DNA of 64,000 nt. It comes from the human T2T-CHM13v2.0 reference genome, Homo sapiens. The DNA lies in assembly GCF_009914755.1 (NCBI RefSeq), contig NC_060929.1. One strand, written 5' to 3'. The translations under genes and the position numbers were made by a program. The notes under the pieces are model-generated. The model saw nothing but the letters and a program-made list of their open reading frames with translations, did not search any database and was not told where the DNA came from. Shown in pieces: positions 1 through 17,106 of this stretch; position 1 is the first letter of the stretch, and each line of letters begins with the position of its first letter.

Positions 1-52
1 AACAAGAGTGAAACTCTGTCTCAAAAAAAAAAAATAAAAATAAAAATAAAAA
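1..52 (+). mobile_element. 3' end and A-tail of an Alu cut by the window edge
   Basis: AACAAGAGTGAAACTCTGTCTC followed by an A-rich tail. Confidence 0.85.
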
Positions 53-172
53 ATATATATATGTATGTGTATATTTATTTATATAAACTTATATTTTATT
101 ATATATATTTATATATGTATTTATAATATATAAATATATATAATAAAATATATATATTTAAGTCCACATATT

Positions 173-290
173 AGCTGGGTGAAGTGGCTCACGCTTGTAA
201 TCCCAGCACTTTGGGAGGCTGGGGCAGGAGGATCGCTTGAGTCTAGAAGTTTGAGACCCGCCTGGGCAACATAGCAAGACCTCTTTCTTT
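173..290 (+). mobile_element. Alu left monomer (FLAM/AluJ-like)
   Basis: GTGGCTCACGCTTGTAATCCCAGCACTTTGGGAGG...GGATCGCTTGAG...GGCAACATAGCAAGACC, no right arm. Confidence 0.8.
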
Positions 291-2597
291 CTGAGTAAAC
301 CATTAGACTTTCTTTATTTATATCCCTAGTTCATTCAGAGAAAAAGTTAGATGTTCTCAGTAATACATAAAATACAGTTTTTACTACGTGAGTAAAGAAA
401 ACTAGTAAACTAGGAATCAGGGTTAAAGGGTGATGTGAAACCTGCAAGCATAGACAAGTCCAAAAAGGAAACCTACAAGGTGCTGTACATTTGAAAACAT
501 AGGATATGAATTCCACTCTTGGATTTCAAGAGTCCAGTGTGGAAGGAGACAATGTTAGCTACATAAACTACAGTGTCCATGAGTTTTAAAGATTAAAAGT
601 GCATAAATATTGTTGGTAATGACACCAGAGAGAAATGTTCCCCTTGGTATTCCTAAAGGCATCTCAATGTCATTACAGCAAACACAGCTCGGGTTTTACA
701 AAGTTGTTTCCTTTAATGTATATTGACGCCATGCTACTAAAGCACAGTTCAATGTGGCAAAAGCAATTCAACAAGGACCGAATGAAGCTGTCCTGGATGG
801 CAGACTGGGGATTAGGAAGTGGACGCTCAGGAAAAGAATAAAGGAATATTCCTCAAATAATTCTCCGTAAATTAGATTTTTTTCTCACTGAAGTTGTATG
901 GAGTATCCTTGAACTCAGTTATACAAATACACCCTAGAAGTTATCCCGGGTCCTTCTACTGTCAGTTAATGTCACATATGAGGGTTTTCACAAACCCTTG
1001 CAGTGGAAAATATCTTGACATCTTCTTTGGGAAGCTTAGAAGCCCAAGAACAGCAATAGCATATGCTGAATGGGAGACCTTCCCTTCCGGAAGGGGGCGA
1101 CTAGCCAAGACACTGAGGGCACGAGCCGTCTAGTTCTCCAGTGTCTCCCACATATGCCTCCCAGGATGGCAAAGTCTCATGTTATAAGTGACAGCAACAA
1201 TAATGTAGACCTCAAAATTATTTTAACCACATATGACCAAATTCTCTCCTGGGCCGTGAAAATGTATCAAAAAAGTACTCGAGGAATGTTTAACCTTGAG
1301 CAACGTAATTCCCTCTTTGAAATTCCAGTGGAGATTGGTTGCAGACTGTATGCCCACAGAAAAATGGTGAGCCCCACAGTAAAAGGCTGGGTCCCAACTC
1401 CCAGAAAATTCCCTGATATGTGGCAGTCATGAAATAAAGATTTGTTGAATAAATTCCTAAGTATGGTCGTTAGCCATAAACCTGTTAAATATTGGGCCTC
1501 TTCTACCAAAACGATGCTGGTATTGATGTCAAAATAGTGGCTTTGTTGGTTCTTCATTTCTGTACATCAATGCTAAGGACACTTGTCTATTCGGGTTCCT
1601 AGGGAACTTGGACTGTAAGTCATATCAGATGACAGCTCTGACATTCTCTGCACATTACTACCTATAAACCTGTTCTGTCCATATCTGTAATGGAGAGGCC
1701 ATAGCTGCCCTTTATGGCTGTTTCAGAGTCACCGCACACTCGTAGCTAAGTCGTTCCCTATGTCCAGTGCCAAACCATCTTTGACTCAAGGTTTTCTTTC
1801 TCAGTAGCCAGATGGCAGAGAAAACCACTGATCTCCATATCTTTTAAATAATAATATTTGTACATCAAGATACAATAAAAGCATTCTCTAACTTTTCCTT
1901 ATAATGTGCCTTCTGTTGTTGTCATTATTTTTTGAATATTCCCCTCTTTCCTCACATCTTTGTTGAAGAGAACGGCATCCCCAGTCCTTGAGTTAAATGA
2001 TAAATAAGCAAAGCTTTGGGTTGGGTTGTAATAAAAGAAGTGTCATAGCTCAGCTCTCTTATATCAGCCCCAGAAAGAATTAGAATGAAACATGTAAAGC
2101 CTTTTAAAAATCTGAAAAGAATTTGATACGGATGGAAGACTCCATAAGGGCAAAGGCAACTCTTCTCTTAATATTCTTCTGGCTCAGATACTGATTTATG
2201 ATGAGGCATTTCTGGCATCAAGATGCAAGAAAAGGGTTTAGGGAGAGAGGTTTAGCAACCTTCTTACACGTACAAAAGGATAGAGATTGAGTGAAGATGA
2301 AAGAAACGAGTGCTGAACATTACTTAGGGTCCTTTCTTGCTACTCGGTCTCCTAGTGTCACACTGGGCCTCTGAGAAGGTGCTCCCACACAGCACATGCA
2401 CACGTGCACACACACTCATTCCTCTCCCCAACACACACACAAGCTCATCACCACCACCTCCATGAAGACAGGGGTCTTCCCTCCTGTTGCTGATTGCCAG
2501 ATGGGTGTATCTGAACCTTCCCTTCTGCAGCTAAAGAATGCCTCCTCCTTAAATTTATCTCCTAAATAAGCAATCACCCTTTGAGGAACTCACTATG

Positions 2598-4235
<1,638 letters not shown>

Positions 4236-4269
4236 TTCAATGACAAGTGATGCCAATAAAACAAATGAA

Positions 4270-4328
<59 letters not shown>

Positions 4329-4720
4329 TATGTATATACACACACATATATATGTGTATATATATTCACACACATATATGTATATATATACACACACATA
4401 TATATGAGTATATATATACACACACATATATATACACACGATATATATGTATCGTTTATGTATATATCTAGATATATATGTATACATATCTGGATATATA
4501 CATATACATATATGTATCTAGATGTATATGTATATATATAGATATAGACATACATGTGTATCTAGACAGATACACACATGTATGTCTAATGTATAGATAT
4601 AGATATACTGGGTCTAGATATATATACACATATATGTCTCTATCTATATCTGGATATGTATGTCTGTATCTACATATAGATATCTGTACCTATATCTATA
4701 CATATGCGTGCGTGTGCGTG
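4270..4720. repeat. Compound (TA)n/(CA)n/(TAGA)n microsatellite
   Basis: ~450 bp of mostly alternating purine-pyrimidine simple repeats. Confidence 0.95.
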
Positions 4721-6406
4721 TTATAAAGTCCAGGAATATTTTTTCAATCCACAGTAACCACTTTCCCTGATACTCACTGAAATGTCTCCAAGTTCTTATT
4801 CTTTCTTCTCTACAAAATCATCAATTTAATTTTTTTCTCTTGAGAACCAATCCTCCCAATCTCCTTTCTCCTATTTCTCCCTGTCTTTTCCATAAAAATG
4901 TTCCAGTTGTAAGCCTTATATGCATCCTTATTTCTAGCTCGAAATTCTGCTTAGGTGGTTTAGCAGGTAAAGAACAAATGGCAACAGGTTTCAAATGGCA
5001 GCCAGCTGGGCTCTAGAAGACAAAGGTGCCAAGGTGTTTATATTCTTTTCCATTCATTAAGTCACCTCTCACTTCCTCTCTCAGATGGGCAACTGAAGGA
5101 CCCTGGGAACAACTCACTGGCTCTGGGAGGGCTGTGAGGACACAAAAATCTCTAAAGATCAATTAGCCACTGTTACGGATGAGAAGGTCCAAGGAGACCC
5201 AAGGGATGTAGGTTCCCATGGAGAAGGCATTTGCCTTCCACAAGACCTGACTTGCAAGAGTGATGGCTGTGTGTACCCAACTGTACCAGTGACCTCTTAA
5301 AATTGCTCAGCTATGAGACATGTTCCCTTTAATGTAATTAGGAAGCTATATCTCTGCATTCCAAATGAAAAAAGAACACATTAACCACAAAACAATTTTA
5401 TTAGATTCCTGCTAGTTCAAATAGTTTCCTTTTCTTCATTAGGGTAATGTATATGCTTGAATTGTTTAGACTTAGATAGACAAGGATACGGGAGAAAAAT
5501 CATTTGTTCCAGGCAGTTTCTTGCTTAGTTCCTTGAGCTAATAAACATTTCTTAATTGGTCTTTAAGTAGTGGCTAGTTGGGTAGGATTTGGAATAAAAC
5601 AAGCCAGATTCAAATCCTGACCCACCATTTAGTGCCTGGGTAATTGAGGCAAATCACCCAAAATGATTATCTAACTTTCAGTCTCTAGATCAACAGAACT
5701 AATAGGAGGAGGGAAATAGCACCTACATTCCATATTGTAGGAATTTAGTGTGTCGGTGAAGTATATTATATAGCATGGTGTTTGAAATATGCTTGACTGT
5801 AACTATAGTAAGGGTTCAATAAATGATAACTATTTTTACAGGACACATTAGCTTTCTGCAAAAAAAAAAAAAAAAAAAAAGCCTTCTGACCAAAGAATTT
5901 GTAACTCAGATGAGTCTAGAACCCTGGCCAGAATTAACCAAAGCAAAACTATGAAAGTACACTAAGCTCACACTTGATTCTCTCTCCAGCCACCCTTCTG
6001 TCCAAACTCAATCTTTCCCTGTTAAAAATGTCCTTCCAGAAAAAGAGAATTAGGAGGATGTTGTAGTAAGCGTTGGATTTAGGGTTTCAGAAACCTAGAT
6101 CTCAGCTTCACCCCATATTTGCTATGTGAACTTGGGTGACTTAAACTCTCTGAACCTCAGTTTCTTGTGAATAAATAGGGACTATAACAAAACTCACTCT
6201 CACAATACAGCTGTAAGGACTAATAACATTGTATGCAAAAAGGTTTTTCAGATATAAACAAATATTAGTTATTGTTATTGGAATAAAAGATGATTCCCTC
6301 AACATGAAATTTACCAAGACCGTGAAAGTTGATTAATAAGGACGCCACGCTTTGATATGAAGCCAAGAATGTGGGATGCAGTGACAGTGCTGGAATATCC
6401 GGTACC

Positions 6407-6608
6407 CATTGTCTTCACACTTCAGCCTCTTGAGCCTCCCACCACTGCCTTCCACAGAAGTCTCTTTTTTTCATTGTCTTCACACTTCAGCCTCTTGAGC
6501 CTCCCACCACTGCCTTCCACAGAAGTCTCTTTTTTTCATTGTCTTCACACTTCAGCCTCTTGAGCCTCCCACCACTGCCTTCCACAGAAATCTCTTTTTT
6601 TCATTGTT
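6407..6608. repeat. 65-bp tandem repeat, 3 copies
   Basis: Unit CATTGTCTTCACACTTCAGCCTCTTGAGCCTCCCACCACTGCCTTCCACAGAAGTCTCTTTTTTT starts at 6407, 6472 and 6537; one substitution in copy 3. Confidence 0.95.
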
Positions 6609-7285
6609 GTCACTCCTCCTTATCCCTTCTTCTTTTCTATATCTATTCCTCTTGGCTCATTATTCATATGTTCATTTCTTCTCTATTATCTTCTCTCTTG
6701 CATGGAAAATATCTTATCCATGGCACCAAGCTGCATGACAGAGACTCCTGTTGTAGCTAGTAAGAGTCTATGCTCCCTTTACTCAATGCCACCCTAGTGA
6801 TTTTGTCTTTTTCTTCAAGTGTGTAAATGACATCCAAACCTGAAACTCTGCATGCTCCTTGAAGTACCTCTGTTTATGATCTCCTTATTTGCTCCAAATA
6901 TCGGACATGAATAACCTCTGTTAGAGACCTTAGAAATGGGTTCTGAGATGTGAGCGTCTACGGCAGGGTCGCAGTTACTTAGAATCGGGGGAACTCATTC
7001 TGTCTGCCTCTGGGCACAGTGCATCTGCATGGCACCACGTTGGGAGTCATTGACCTTGGGAAGGTGTTGTCATTCCCTATTAAATCTTCTATCACTCTCA
7101 GTCTTGCCTAGAACCCATCCCACTCTCCATAAGTGGACACAATACACCCTCTTCTCAAGCTGGTTCCTTTGGAAAGTTGTGATAAAAACCAGCACTTACT
7201 GATGGCTGCACAGTGATCACAGACACTGAGCAAGAAAGAGTCCCAAGAGATCCCTACTTCCAGTTTCTAAACAAGGAAGGGACTA

Positions 7286-8661
<1,376 letters not shown>

Positions 8662-8671
8662 GGCCTTTTGC

Positions 8672-8700
8672 CTGTCTGAACAGCAGAAGGAAGTGCAATG
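8672..8700 (-). promoter_or_regulatory. Candidate 3' splice acceptor(s) for the OR2Y1 coding exon
   Basis: Minus strand reads CACTTCCTTCTGCTGTTCAG-ACAG-GCAAAAGGCC-ATG: pyrimidine tract plus two CAGs 4 nt apart just before the start codon. Confidence 0.55.
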
Positions 8701-9550
8701 CCTCCTATACTGAGCACAAGCTACAACATTATTTCGCAGGATTCCCTGAATACTAAATCATGCATTTTATTACCTATTTTGCTCTGCAGTTTGTTGTGTC
8801 TGGTGTTCTTTCCCTTCTCTTATTCAGAGTGGAAATCACTGGCTTGGGAATCATATGGCCTTTGTTTGAATCCTAGTCCTGCTGCCTGTTTGTTCCAGGA
8901 CTTCACCCAGGTCAGTCAGTCCTTTAGATCCAACATTTCCTTGCCTAAAAGTAGAGATGATGTATCACAGCAATGAGATTAAGGTCAAATGCAATAATGT
9001 GGAAGCTGCTTTTAAAAGACTCAGATGTAACAGGTAGCATTACTATTCTATGTTGCTCCCATTTGCTCCTTTGCTGGTCTAGCAGGTGGCCTCTTTCAGT
9101 AGGGTTACCCCCCATGCCTAACCAGGCTGGGAGCCCTGTTTGACCTCTGGGTGCCCACCTGCTTTTTTCGACTATGGACAGCCCATACAATCCCAGAAAC
9201 CCCACGCACGACCAGCAAATGACTGAGAAGAGTGTAGATCCCTCCTTTTGGAGAAGAAAAAAAAATCAATTAGCAACAAATATATTTCCTATGGTGTGTC
9301 ATCATGCCTGAAATACCACACACACACGCACACACGCACATACACACTCCCTTCAATGGCTAAATCCATTCCTCAGCTGCCCAAGAAGAGTTATTTCCTC
9401 CTCTCTAGCCCAACCCTCTTTGTACAGTTTCTTTCTGCACTTGTCACACTCGCTGGAATTCTTTTTGTATGTCTTTGTCCCTCTCTGAGCTGTGAGCTCC
9501 TTAGTGGTAGCTAACATAATGAACGTAAAATAAATATTAGTGTCTTTCAG

Positions 9551-9834
9551 TGGGGCACGGTGGTTCACGTCTGTAATCCCAGCACTTTGGGAGGTGGAAG
9601 TGGGTGGATCACCCGAGGTCAGGAGTTTGAGACCAGCCTGGCTAACATGGAGAAACACTGTCTCTACTAAAAATACAAAACAAAACAAAAAAATAGCCAG
9701 GCTTGGTGATGGGCACCTGTAATCCCAGCTGCTCAGGAGGCTGAGGCAGGAGAATTGCTTGAACCTGGGAGTCGGAGGTTGCAGTCAGCCAAGATTGTGC
9801 CACTGCACTCAAAAAAAGAAAAAGAAAAAAAAAA
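9551..9834 (+). mobile_element. AluS-type element with a shortened 3' end
   Basis: Dimeric Alu; ...CCACTGCACTC joins directly to the A-tail. Confidence 0.85.
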
Positions 9835-10139
9835 GTAGTGTCTTTCTTTATGCTACACACAAAGTGCTAAATTAATATTTTCATTCAGGGCACATAGTAG
9901 ATTTTGAATAAATTTCATTGAGTGAAACATGAGGTTATCCCTTCAAATCTCATCAAAATTTATTTCTTCTAGAAAACCTGAGATTACCAACATATTTTGA
10001 TAAACTGTGAAAGTGAGATATGCATAAAAATTTGCTCTACGTTAAAGTTCACATTTCTTATGACAAAAAGTCTAAGTAGGATTATAAGAAAGTATGTCAG
10101 AAAGCAAAAAAGGGAAAAGGAGCCTAGAATATGCTCTAT

Positions 10140-10380
10140 ATGAACAATTTTTGCCAAATTAACTCTGTCCTCTTTTTGTTAAGTTTACTGGACTGAAGAT
10201 CATCATCAATGGATCAATGCTAGATCAATGCTAGATCAATGACTCAAGTAAGGCATTTGGACACCACCCTTGATGCCCTTGTGGAAAAGATGAATAAACT
10301 GTGGATTAATAATAGCAAAGAGGTAATTCATATGTAGCTTAACCGATACATCAAAGCCATTTTTTGAATGACCACCATAG
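10140..10380 (+). mobile_element. Possible ancient L3/CR1 fragment
   Basis: GACTCAAGTAAGGCATTTGGACA... resembles the CR1 RT 'DFSKAFD' region; heavily decayed. Confidence 0.35.
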
Positions 10381-10721
10381 CAGACCACAATGGCTTTCCC
10401 ATTCATATCGGTCCCTACAGATCAACTCTATTGCTGACCAGCTGTGACATCTATTCTGGGAAATTTTGTTTCTGTGAGTCTCAGTTTACTTACCTATAAA
10501 ACAGAGAAAACAATTTATTTCAAAGGATTTGGATTGGGATTAAAGGATGCGATACATTCCGTAAGCTACAAAGAATATGTTACATATACTTTTAACACTT
10601 GTCTGTCTGTATCAGTAATCTTCAAGTTCCATGCAACTGAGTCTTTCACTTACCGTTGTATCCTTATCTTCCAGTGCAGAACCTGGTGAATAAAATGTTC
10701 TCAGCAAATATTATTGAATGA

Positions 10722-11142
<421 letters not shown>

Positions 11143-12487
11143 TGCTTCTTGTTTAGCAGCGCGAAGTTTCTAACCCTTCCTGATCTATATTTTTATCGAT
11201 GAGTTTTATGGTGACATAGAGACACATTTAGTATCTTTCCAATTGAACAAAAGCTTAGAAATACAATTAACATGACGAATGATAGGACAGTAATCCAAAA
11301 GGATTTCACTACAGTGAAACAAGAATCCTTAAAGCAATAAATAGCCACCATAGTAGATAAGATAATAAGATAGGGTGGAACTGGGAAAACTGAACTTAGC
11401 TTCAGAACGTCCGCTGGATAGAATGGAAGAGACCAAAACTGCAGACTTGACAGACATTCACTAAAGACACGGAAGACAAAGATTACGTGGGAGGACACTG
11501 ATTAAAAACAAAACACCAGTCAGCAGTGCACACGGGCTGCTGAATTTCACCAAATGCAGCTCAGACTAGATACAAATCATAACATAAGACCTCACCGCTC
11601 CAGTTTGGAAAGACACCTAAAGGTCATTTCCTCACAGCCCCTTGCACCATCTGATGATCCCCTATACAGAATCTCAAACCAAGAGCTGGTGTAGTGAAGC
11701 CCCTGCCCCATTTCCTCATCCATGGTCTGGTGTCCCTTTATTTCTGCCTGCCCCCTGCTTCCATCTTTATGTGCCTTGTACTTGTAATCCCCGATCCATC
11801 ATGTCAAACATTGCCTTGCTAATATCCCTAACTCATTATCTATCCATCCCATGTACCCAATTCCGGAAGCGTGCAATTTTCTAGAGTCTGTATGACTAAA
11901 ATCAGATTAATAAATTCTGCTTAAAAGAATAATTCAGTTTTGCCAGTACACCTTTAACTTTTCCCTCTTTAGTGGCTGTTGCTCAAGAGAAATGATCGAT
12001 GGTCAAGTCTTTCCAATTAAAAACATCTCCTCTCACCCCATTCCCTGTTTTGTTACTGCCCCATCTCTTTCCTCCCCTTCAGAGATAAGTGTATTGAAAG
12101 AATTGCCTGTGCTTGGTGTTTCCGCGACCTCCCCTCACACTCACTATTGAGCCCACTGCTATGTAGATGTTGCCCTCATCATATTTTATAGGAAAACACA
12201 GTGGACATTTTCAGGCTTTGTCTTTGTCCTAGCATTTTATGTGTTGACTGCTGCCCTTTTCTACAAAAAAACTTCTTCCCTTCCCTCCCCGATGTCTTCC
12301 TCCTTCTCTGTGCATCTCTTACATGCTTGGGTTCCTTTTCTGGGTTCCATCCCAGACCCTCTTCTCTTAGCATCTACAGATTCTTCCTGGAAATGCCATC
12401 CTCCCCAGAGCTTGAATCACACGGTCACTGTGTTGCTAACACCCGAATGTGTCTCTTTACCTCTAATCTGTCTCCCGAACTTCAGAC

Positions 12488-12620
12488 TTCTATAGTTCAT
12501 CTGTATTAACCTTTTTATTTTCTATAGTTCATCTGTATTAACCTTTTGATTTTCTATAGTTCATCTGTATTAACCTTTTGATTTTCTATAGTTCATCTGT
12601 ATGCCTTTTAATTTTCTGTA
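12488..12620. repeat. 32-bp tandem repeat, ~4 copies
   Basis: TTCTATAGTTCATCTGTATTAACCTTTTGATT starting at 12488, 12520, 12552 and 12584. Confidence 0.9.
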
Positions 12621-13125
12621 TTTCTGATGCTCCGATGTTTTGAGGCTTTGCTGACCCCAGAGGGATGCCTCTCCCAGGACTGCCAATTCCTAAGGTTAGT
12701 GCTAGCCTGAAAGCACAGCTCTCATATGCAAACAAATCAACCAGACCCACACCCCAACCAAAAATTCACAGTATCTTTACTGGGCTCTCACACTGTGGAC
12801 CACTGTCGACCTGTGCTAATCACCACAGGGCCAAGAAGCAGACAGGAAGGGACCGCCTTTGTATCCCAGAGTGTGCTGAGATTATTCAACCAGGCCATGA
12901 GAGGCCAGCGTCCCCTGCCTCACCAGTTCCTTCCTAGAGGAACCACAGCAAAGGCTCTTGTCCATGGCTTCCTTGCTTCTCTGCCTATCTGTGTGCCTCA
13001 CCGTATGGCCCTGCACCGTCCATCATGCCCCCTCCTTTCGGGAACTGTGAGTAACAAACCACCTTTTAAATGCCACTCATCTCCCAATCTGCTGGCCTCA
13101 CCACACCTGCCTGTTAAAAACAAAA
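12598..13125 (+). mobile_element. ERVL-class solo LTR (MER74-like)
   Basis: Begins TGTA..TTTTCTGTATTTCTGATGCT...TTGCTGACCCCAGAGGGATGCCTCTCCCAGGA; later GGAACTGTGAGTAACAAA; family name from memory. Confidence 0.5.
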
Positions 13126-13366
13126 CCTGCCTGTTAAAACTCCACCTCCTTGCTGATCATCTCTTCTTGGATGAGTCCTGGGCACCAGAAACTCAGCATG
13201 TCCAATACCGAACTCATCATCCTCCCCCTAAAAATCTGCCTTGCCCCCTGTGTGCCAGGGGAAGGGCGCCAACAAACTCTACAGTTTACAAAACCAGAAA
13301 ACTGGTCATCAGCCTCTATATCCCACTTGATTCAAGTCACAGCTTCCAGGGCACTTTACCTGAAAC

Positions 13367-13607
13367 AGCAGCTCTCAACCCGGGGCAATTTTACCCCTTA
13401 GGGGACATTTGACAATGTCCGTAGACATTTTTTACTGATCCAACTGGCATTCAGTGCTTTGAGGCCAGCAGTGCTGCTAAACATCCCACAATGCACGGGA
13501 CACGATGCACGGGACACGATGCACGGGACAGCCCTCCCACCTTGATGACACACACAGAATTATCTGGCCCAAACATGTCAATTGGGCTAAGGTTAAGAAA
13601 GTCTTCT
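13367..13607 (+). mobile_element. MER20 (hAT-Charlie DNA transposon)
   Basis: CAGCAGCTCTCAACCCGGGGCAATTTTACCCC...GGGGACATTTGACAATGTC...GAATTATCTGGCCCAAA...AAGGTTAAGAAA; internal 14-bp triplication ATGCACGGGACACG. Confidence 0.8.
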
Positions 13608-15754
13608 CTAAGAGGTATTCTCTGACTTCTCTCGCCTGAGATAAGTCCTTGCTCTATGATCCTATGGTGCATTGTACTTTCCCATATACAATTTACCACG
13701 TTCAACTTAATTTCTGATTGAATTATTTCCCTATCCCACCACCCTAGAGCTCACAGAGAGTAGAGCTGGGTCTGTCTTGTTGACAATTACAATTTCAGTG
13801 CCTAGAACAATGACTAGCACATAAAAGTGCTTGATCGTTAAGTCCCTGGAGCATGCAGGCACTCACCTGCACCAGCTCTTTGACAGGTCCTTAGAAATGC
13901 ATGACATCTTGCTGCGGTTTCAGTCTTATTTGGAAAGCGGGATGTGGAGGTAGTGCTGCTTCCCTGGGGTCTGGTGCCTTTTATCTGGAATCTGGTGCAT
14001 CAGGAGAGAGTCCCAATGTGTACACAGTGTCTAGGTTAAACCTTTTTCTATCTCCTCTCCATCCTATTGGTTTTCTTCTGCCTAACCAAGGCCTTGGGAC
14101 TTGCCTGCCTGCTTGTGAGCTCCTTCTTTGGGGGAAATGTCCTGCTTCCTAACTCCCTGGGTCCTGCTGAGAATAGGCTGATCTCCAGAACCGCAACATC
14201 CATGCCGTGCCAACCTGAAACGCTGCGTTAAACCTCGTCCTCCCTGAGGCTAGTGACTCCCTACGTTCCTCAGGGCTCAGCGTGCCCTCCCTGCACTCAC
14301 CACAGGTCTACACTCAGGGACCAGCTGCTGCAGTTCTGAGACCACCCCAATCCCTCATAGAGTTTTTCTCTATCCTCCCTCTGGGCCCAGTTGCTGGGGT
14401 CTGCTTCATGCCCGTATCTTGTAATCACAAAAACAAAAACTCTTCTTACAAACTCCCTGGGAGCTCTTTTTCTCTTTCAACAGCAGATGCAAGTTACTCC
14501 TCACGTGAAACCAACGTTCGACTTCAGACATATTCCTAGTCCTGTGTCTCATAACCCAGGAGGGTTTGACCATAATGCAAGTCCTGATCAGACCCGCTTG
14601 GATATTGGGCAGCGTTCAGCCGTATGTGGAGGGTCTCAGTGCACATCGCTGAGAAGTGGGGAAGGTCTCATCAGGGGAGCACCCAGAATAAGCACAAACC
14701 CCCTTCCCACGGATGGTCTCCAAATATTGAAGGAAACGACCATGCTGTGCAAGCTTTGCTGGGTTCTATATTCCTCAAGTGAAGGTGATAGCTTCAACAC
14801 GTCCATATCCTTTCTTGTTTCCCAAATCTGTCATTTCAGCGAAGAAAGAAAATGACATTAGGCTGATGTAAGTGGTCCCTACTGACTCATTTTCACCTCA
14901 GCCTTCCCTAGGTGGTCACAGATGTTCCCTGCACAACCTCACATTTAAAAAATATATACATTGCCCACACTCTGCACTGGTCAGACAGAATTTTGAGTAT
15001 TTGGCATGTTCTTGGCATTAGACTGGGATTAAAACTTTGACAAAAATCATAGGATCAAAGGACAATAAAACCAATAAGTCATCTGGAAACACCCTGCATG
15101 AGAAATAGGTGTTTTATATTTTATTTTAATTGGCACGTAATAATTGTACATATATATGAGGTACAGAGACATATTTAGATGTATACAATACATAATGCTC
15201 AATTCAGGGTAATTGTGAATAGCATATTTATCAAATTAGGCATTTTAATTGAGTTTTTAGATCAGAAAATAGAAGTCTCCAAGGCAAGCCTGATGGCTTG
15301 TACGCAGGTTGAAAGATCTCATGTGGAGAATGTCGTGAACTTGCATTGCTCTTCTACAAAGGTCAAAACTAGGACCAACAGGCGAAACTTACAAGAGAAC
15401 AGATTGTGGCTCAATATTAAAAAAAAAAAAAGTGAATAAAATGAAGGAGTCTAAAACTAGGCTGCCTGGAAATGTGATATTCCCATCACTCGAAAGCTTC
15501 CTGCTCATTCAGAGGGTGAAAGTTGACTTTTCAGGATGATGTGAAAATGTTCCTGCATTAACTGAAACATTTGTTAGGTGGTTTTGAGCACTGCATCCAA
15601 CCCTGATAGTTTTCTAATCTTAACTTATCTTTTTAAAATTTAACCCCTATTTTTATCCCTTTGGCACACATAAAGCATTCCTGCATTTCATGTGCATATT
15701 TGATATTGTTAAATTTCTGCATTACAAAGACCAATGGTTGTGCTCATCTCTCTG

Positions 15755-16030
15755 GGTTTTGTTTTTTTGCATTTTTTTTTGAGACGGGGGTCTCACTCCA
15801 TCATCCAGGCTGGACTGCAGTGGCACTAGTGATCCTCCCCACCAAGCCTCCTGAGTAAGCTGGGTCTACAGGCATACACCACCAGGCCTGGGTAATTTTT
15901 TGTATTTTTTGTAGAGACTGGGTCTCCCTATGTTGCCCAAACTGGTCTTGAACTCCTGGGGTCAAGCAATCCTGCTGCCTCAGCCTCCCAAAGCAATGGG
16001 ATTATAGGCATGAACCACTATGCCTGGTCC
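15755..16030 (-). mobile_element. AluJ-type element with an internal deletion
   Basis: Antisense Alu flanked by TSD GTGCTCATCTCT. Confidence 0.85.
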
Positions 16031-16073
16031 GTGCTCATCTCTGCGTGTCTGTGTCTGTGTGTACATCTGTGTG

Positions 16074-16268
16074 TCTATGCATGACCTCTAAAAATAACAC
16101 ACTTATTGAAATCAGAAATCATGTTTAAATTATTTTCAACAGCACGTAGTACTATATTCTTCATATTCTTCATGCCAGTCTACTAATTTAATGATATTTT
16201 CTGACTGTAATAGAGCCACATTCAAGCCAGAAAATTTCATCCTCTGTCTGAGTGAAGGAGGAGGTTCT
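16074..16268 (+). repeat. 195-bp dispersed direct duplication, copy 1
   Basis: Matches 17107-17301 with 4 substitutions by manual alignment. Confidence 0.95.
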
Positions 16269-17106
16269 ACAAACTCCTTCCGAAACACCTTCATTGGTAG
16301 AACATTCATCCTTAAATTTGAATCTTATTTCACCCTTTTATTACACCTGCATGAGTAGCTCTCTTATTAGTTTTTGGAAGATTAGACCCACTATCAAAAC
16401 TTACTAGGCACCAAAACATCCTTCCTTCCACTCATCCTCCATCACATCCTCCTCTTCTGCAGACACACCTGACCCTGTTCCTCTCACCTGAGGAATCACA
16501 CAATATCTCATCATACCCCATGAGACTTTAGGGTGATCTTTAAGACGCTTCTATAAAATACTTAATAATAACCCACATTTCGCAGTATAAGACCAGAAAA
16601 CTCCGGTTTGAGTTCAGTAAGCTTAATTAACAAAGACTGAATTAACAAGTAGCTTGTTTTAACTCTGATTCCCACACAGAACATTGTCTCCAAATAGGAT
16701 AGATTCCCTTCTGTCATCTAGTTCTTCAAGAAGTCTTCCGGGATTTATCTTCAACAGCTCTGACCATTGCTCTATTCTTTGTCTCTTGGCACTGAGGCCT
16801 ATAATTTACTTTGCATACTAGAGCCCTGGCATCATGGAATTTGAGATTTAGAAGAAACTTCAAAATGATTTTAAGCTTCACACTTTACATAAATAAACTT
16901 ATTTCCCTAAGTTTATGCAGTTGGAGAGAAAAAAAAGAAATTGTTTGACATGCTGTATTCAGTTGAGTGAATGGATGGGTGAGTAAGTGGCAGAGAAAGA
17001 CTCTATCAGTGATAAAATATGTTCTTGCATGAATTTAATAGCTCTATGTACTCAAACTGGGGATGCTACACAAAGGAATCCCCCACTAATTGCCCAATGA
17101 AATATT

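Noticed and set aside
520-1830. Unique-looking block with several 68-120 aa ORFs, considered as an OR pseudogene or ERV pol remnant
   Set aside because: No OR or convincing retroviral motifs were recognisable; a BLAST or Dfam search would be needed.
12726-13412. 228-aa ORF
   Set aside because: Runs through LTR, L2-like and MER20 sequence with no protein-like features.
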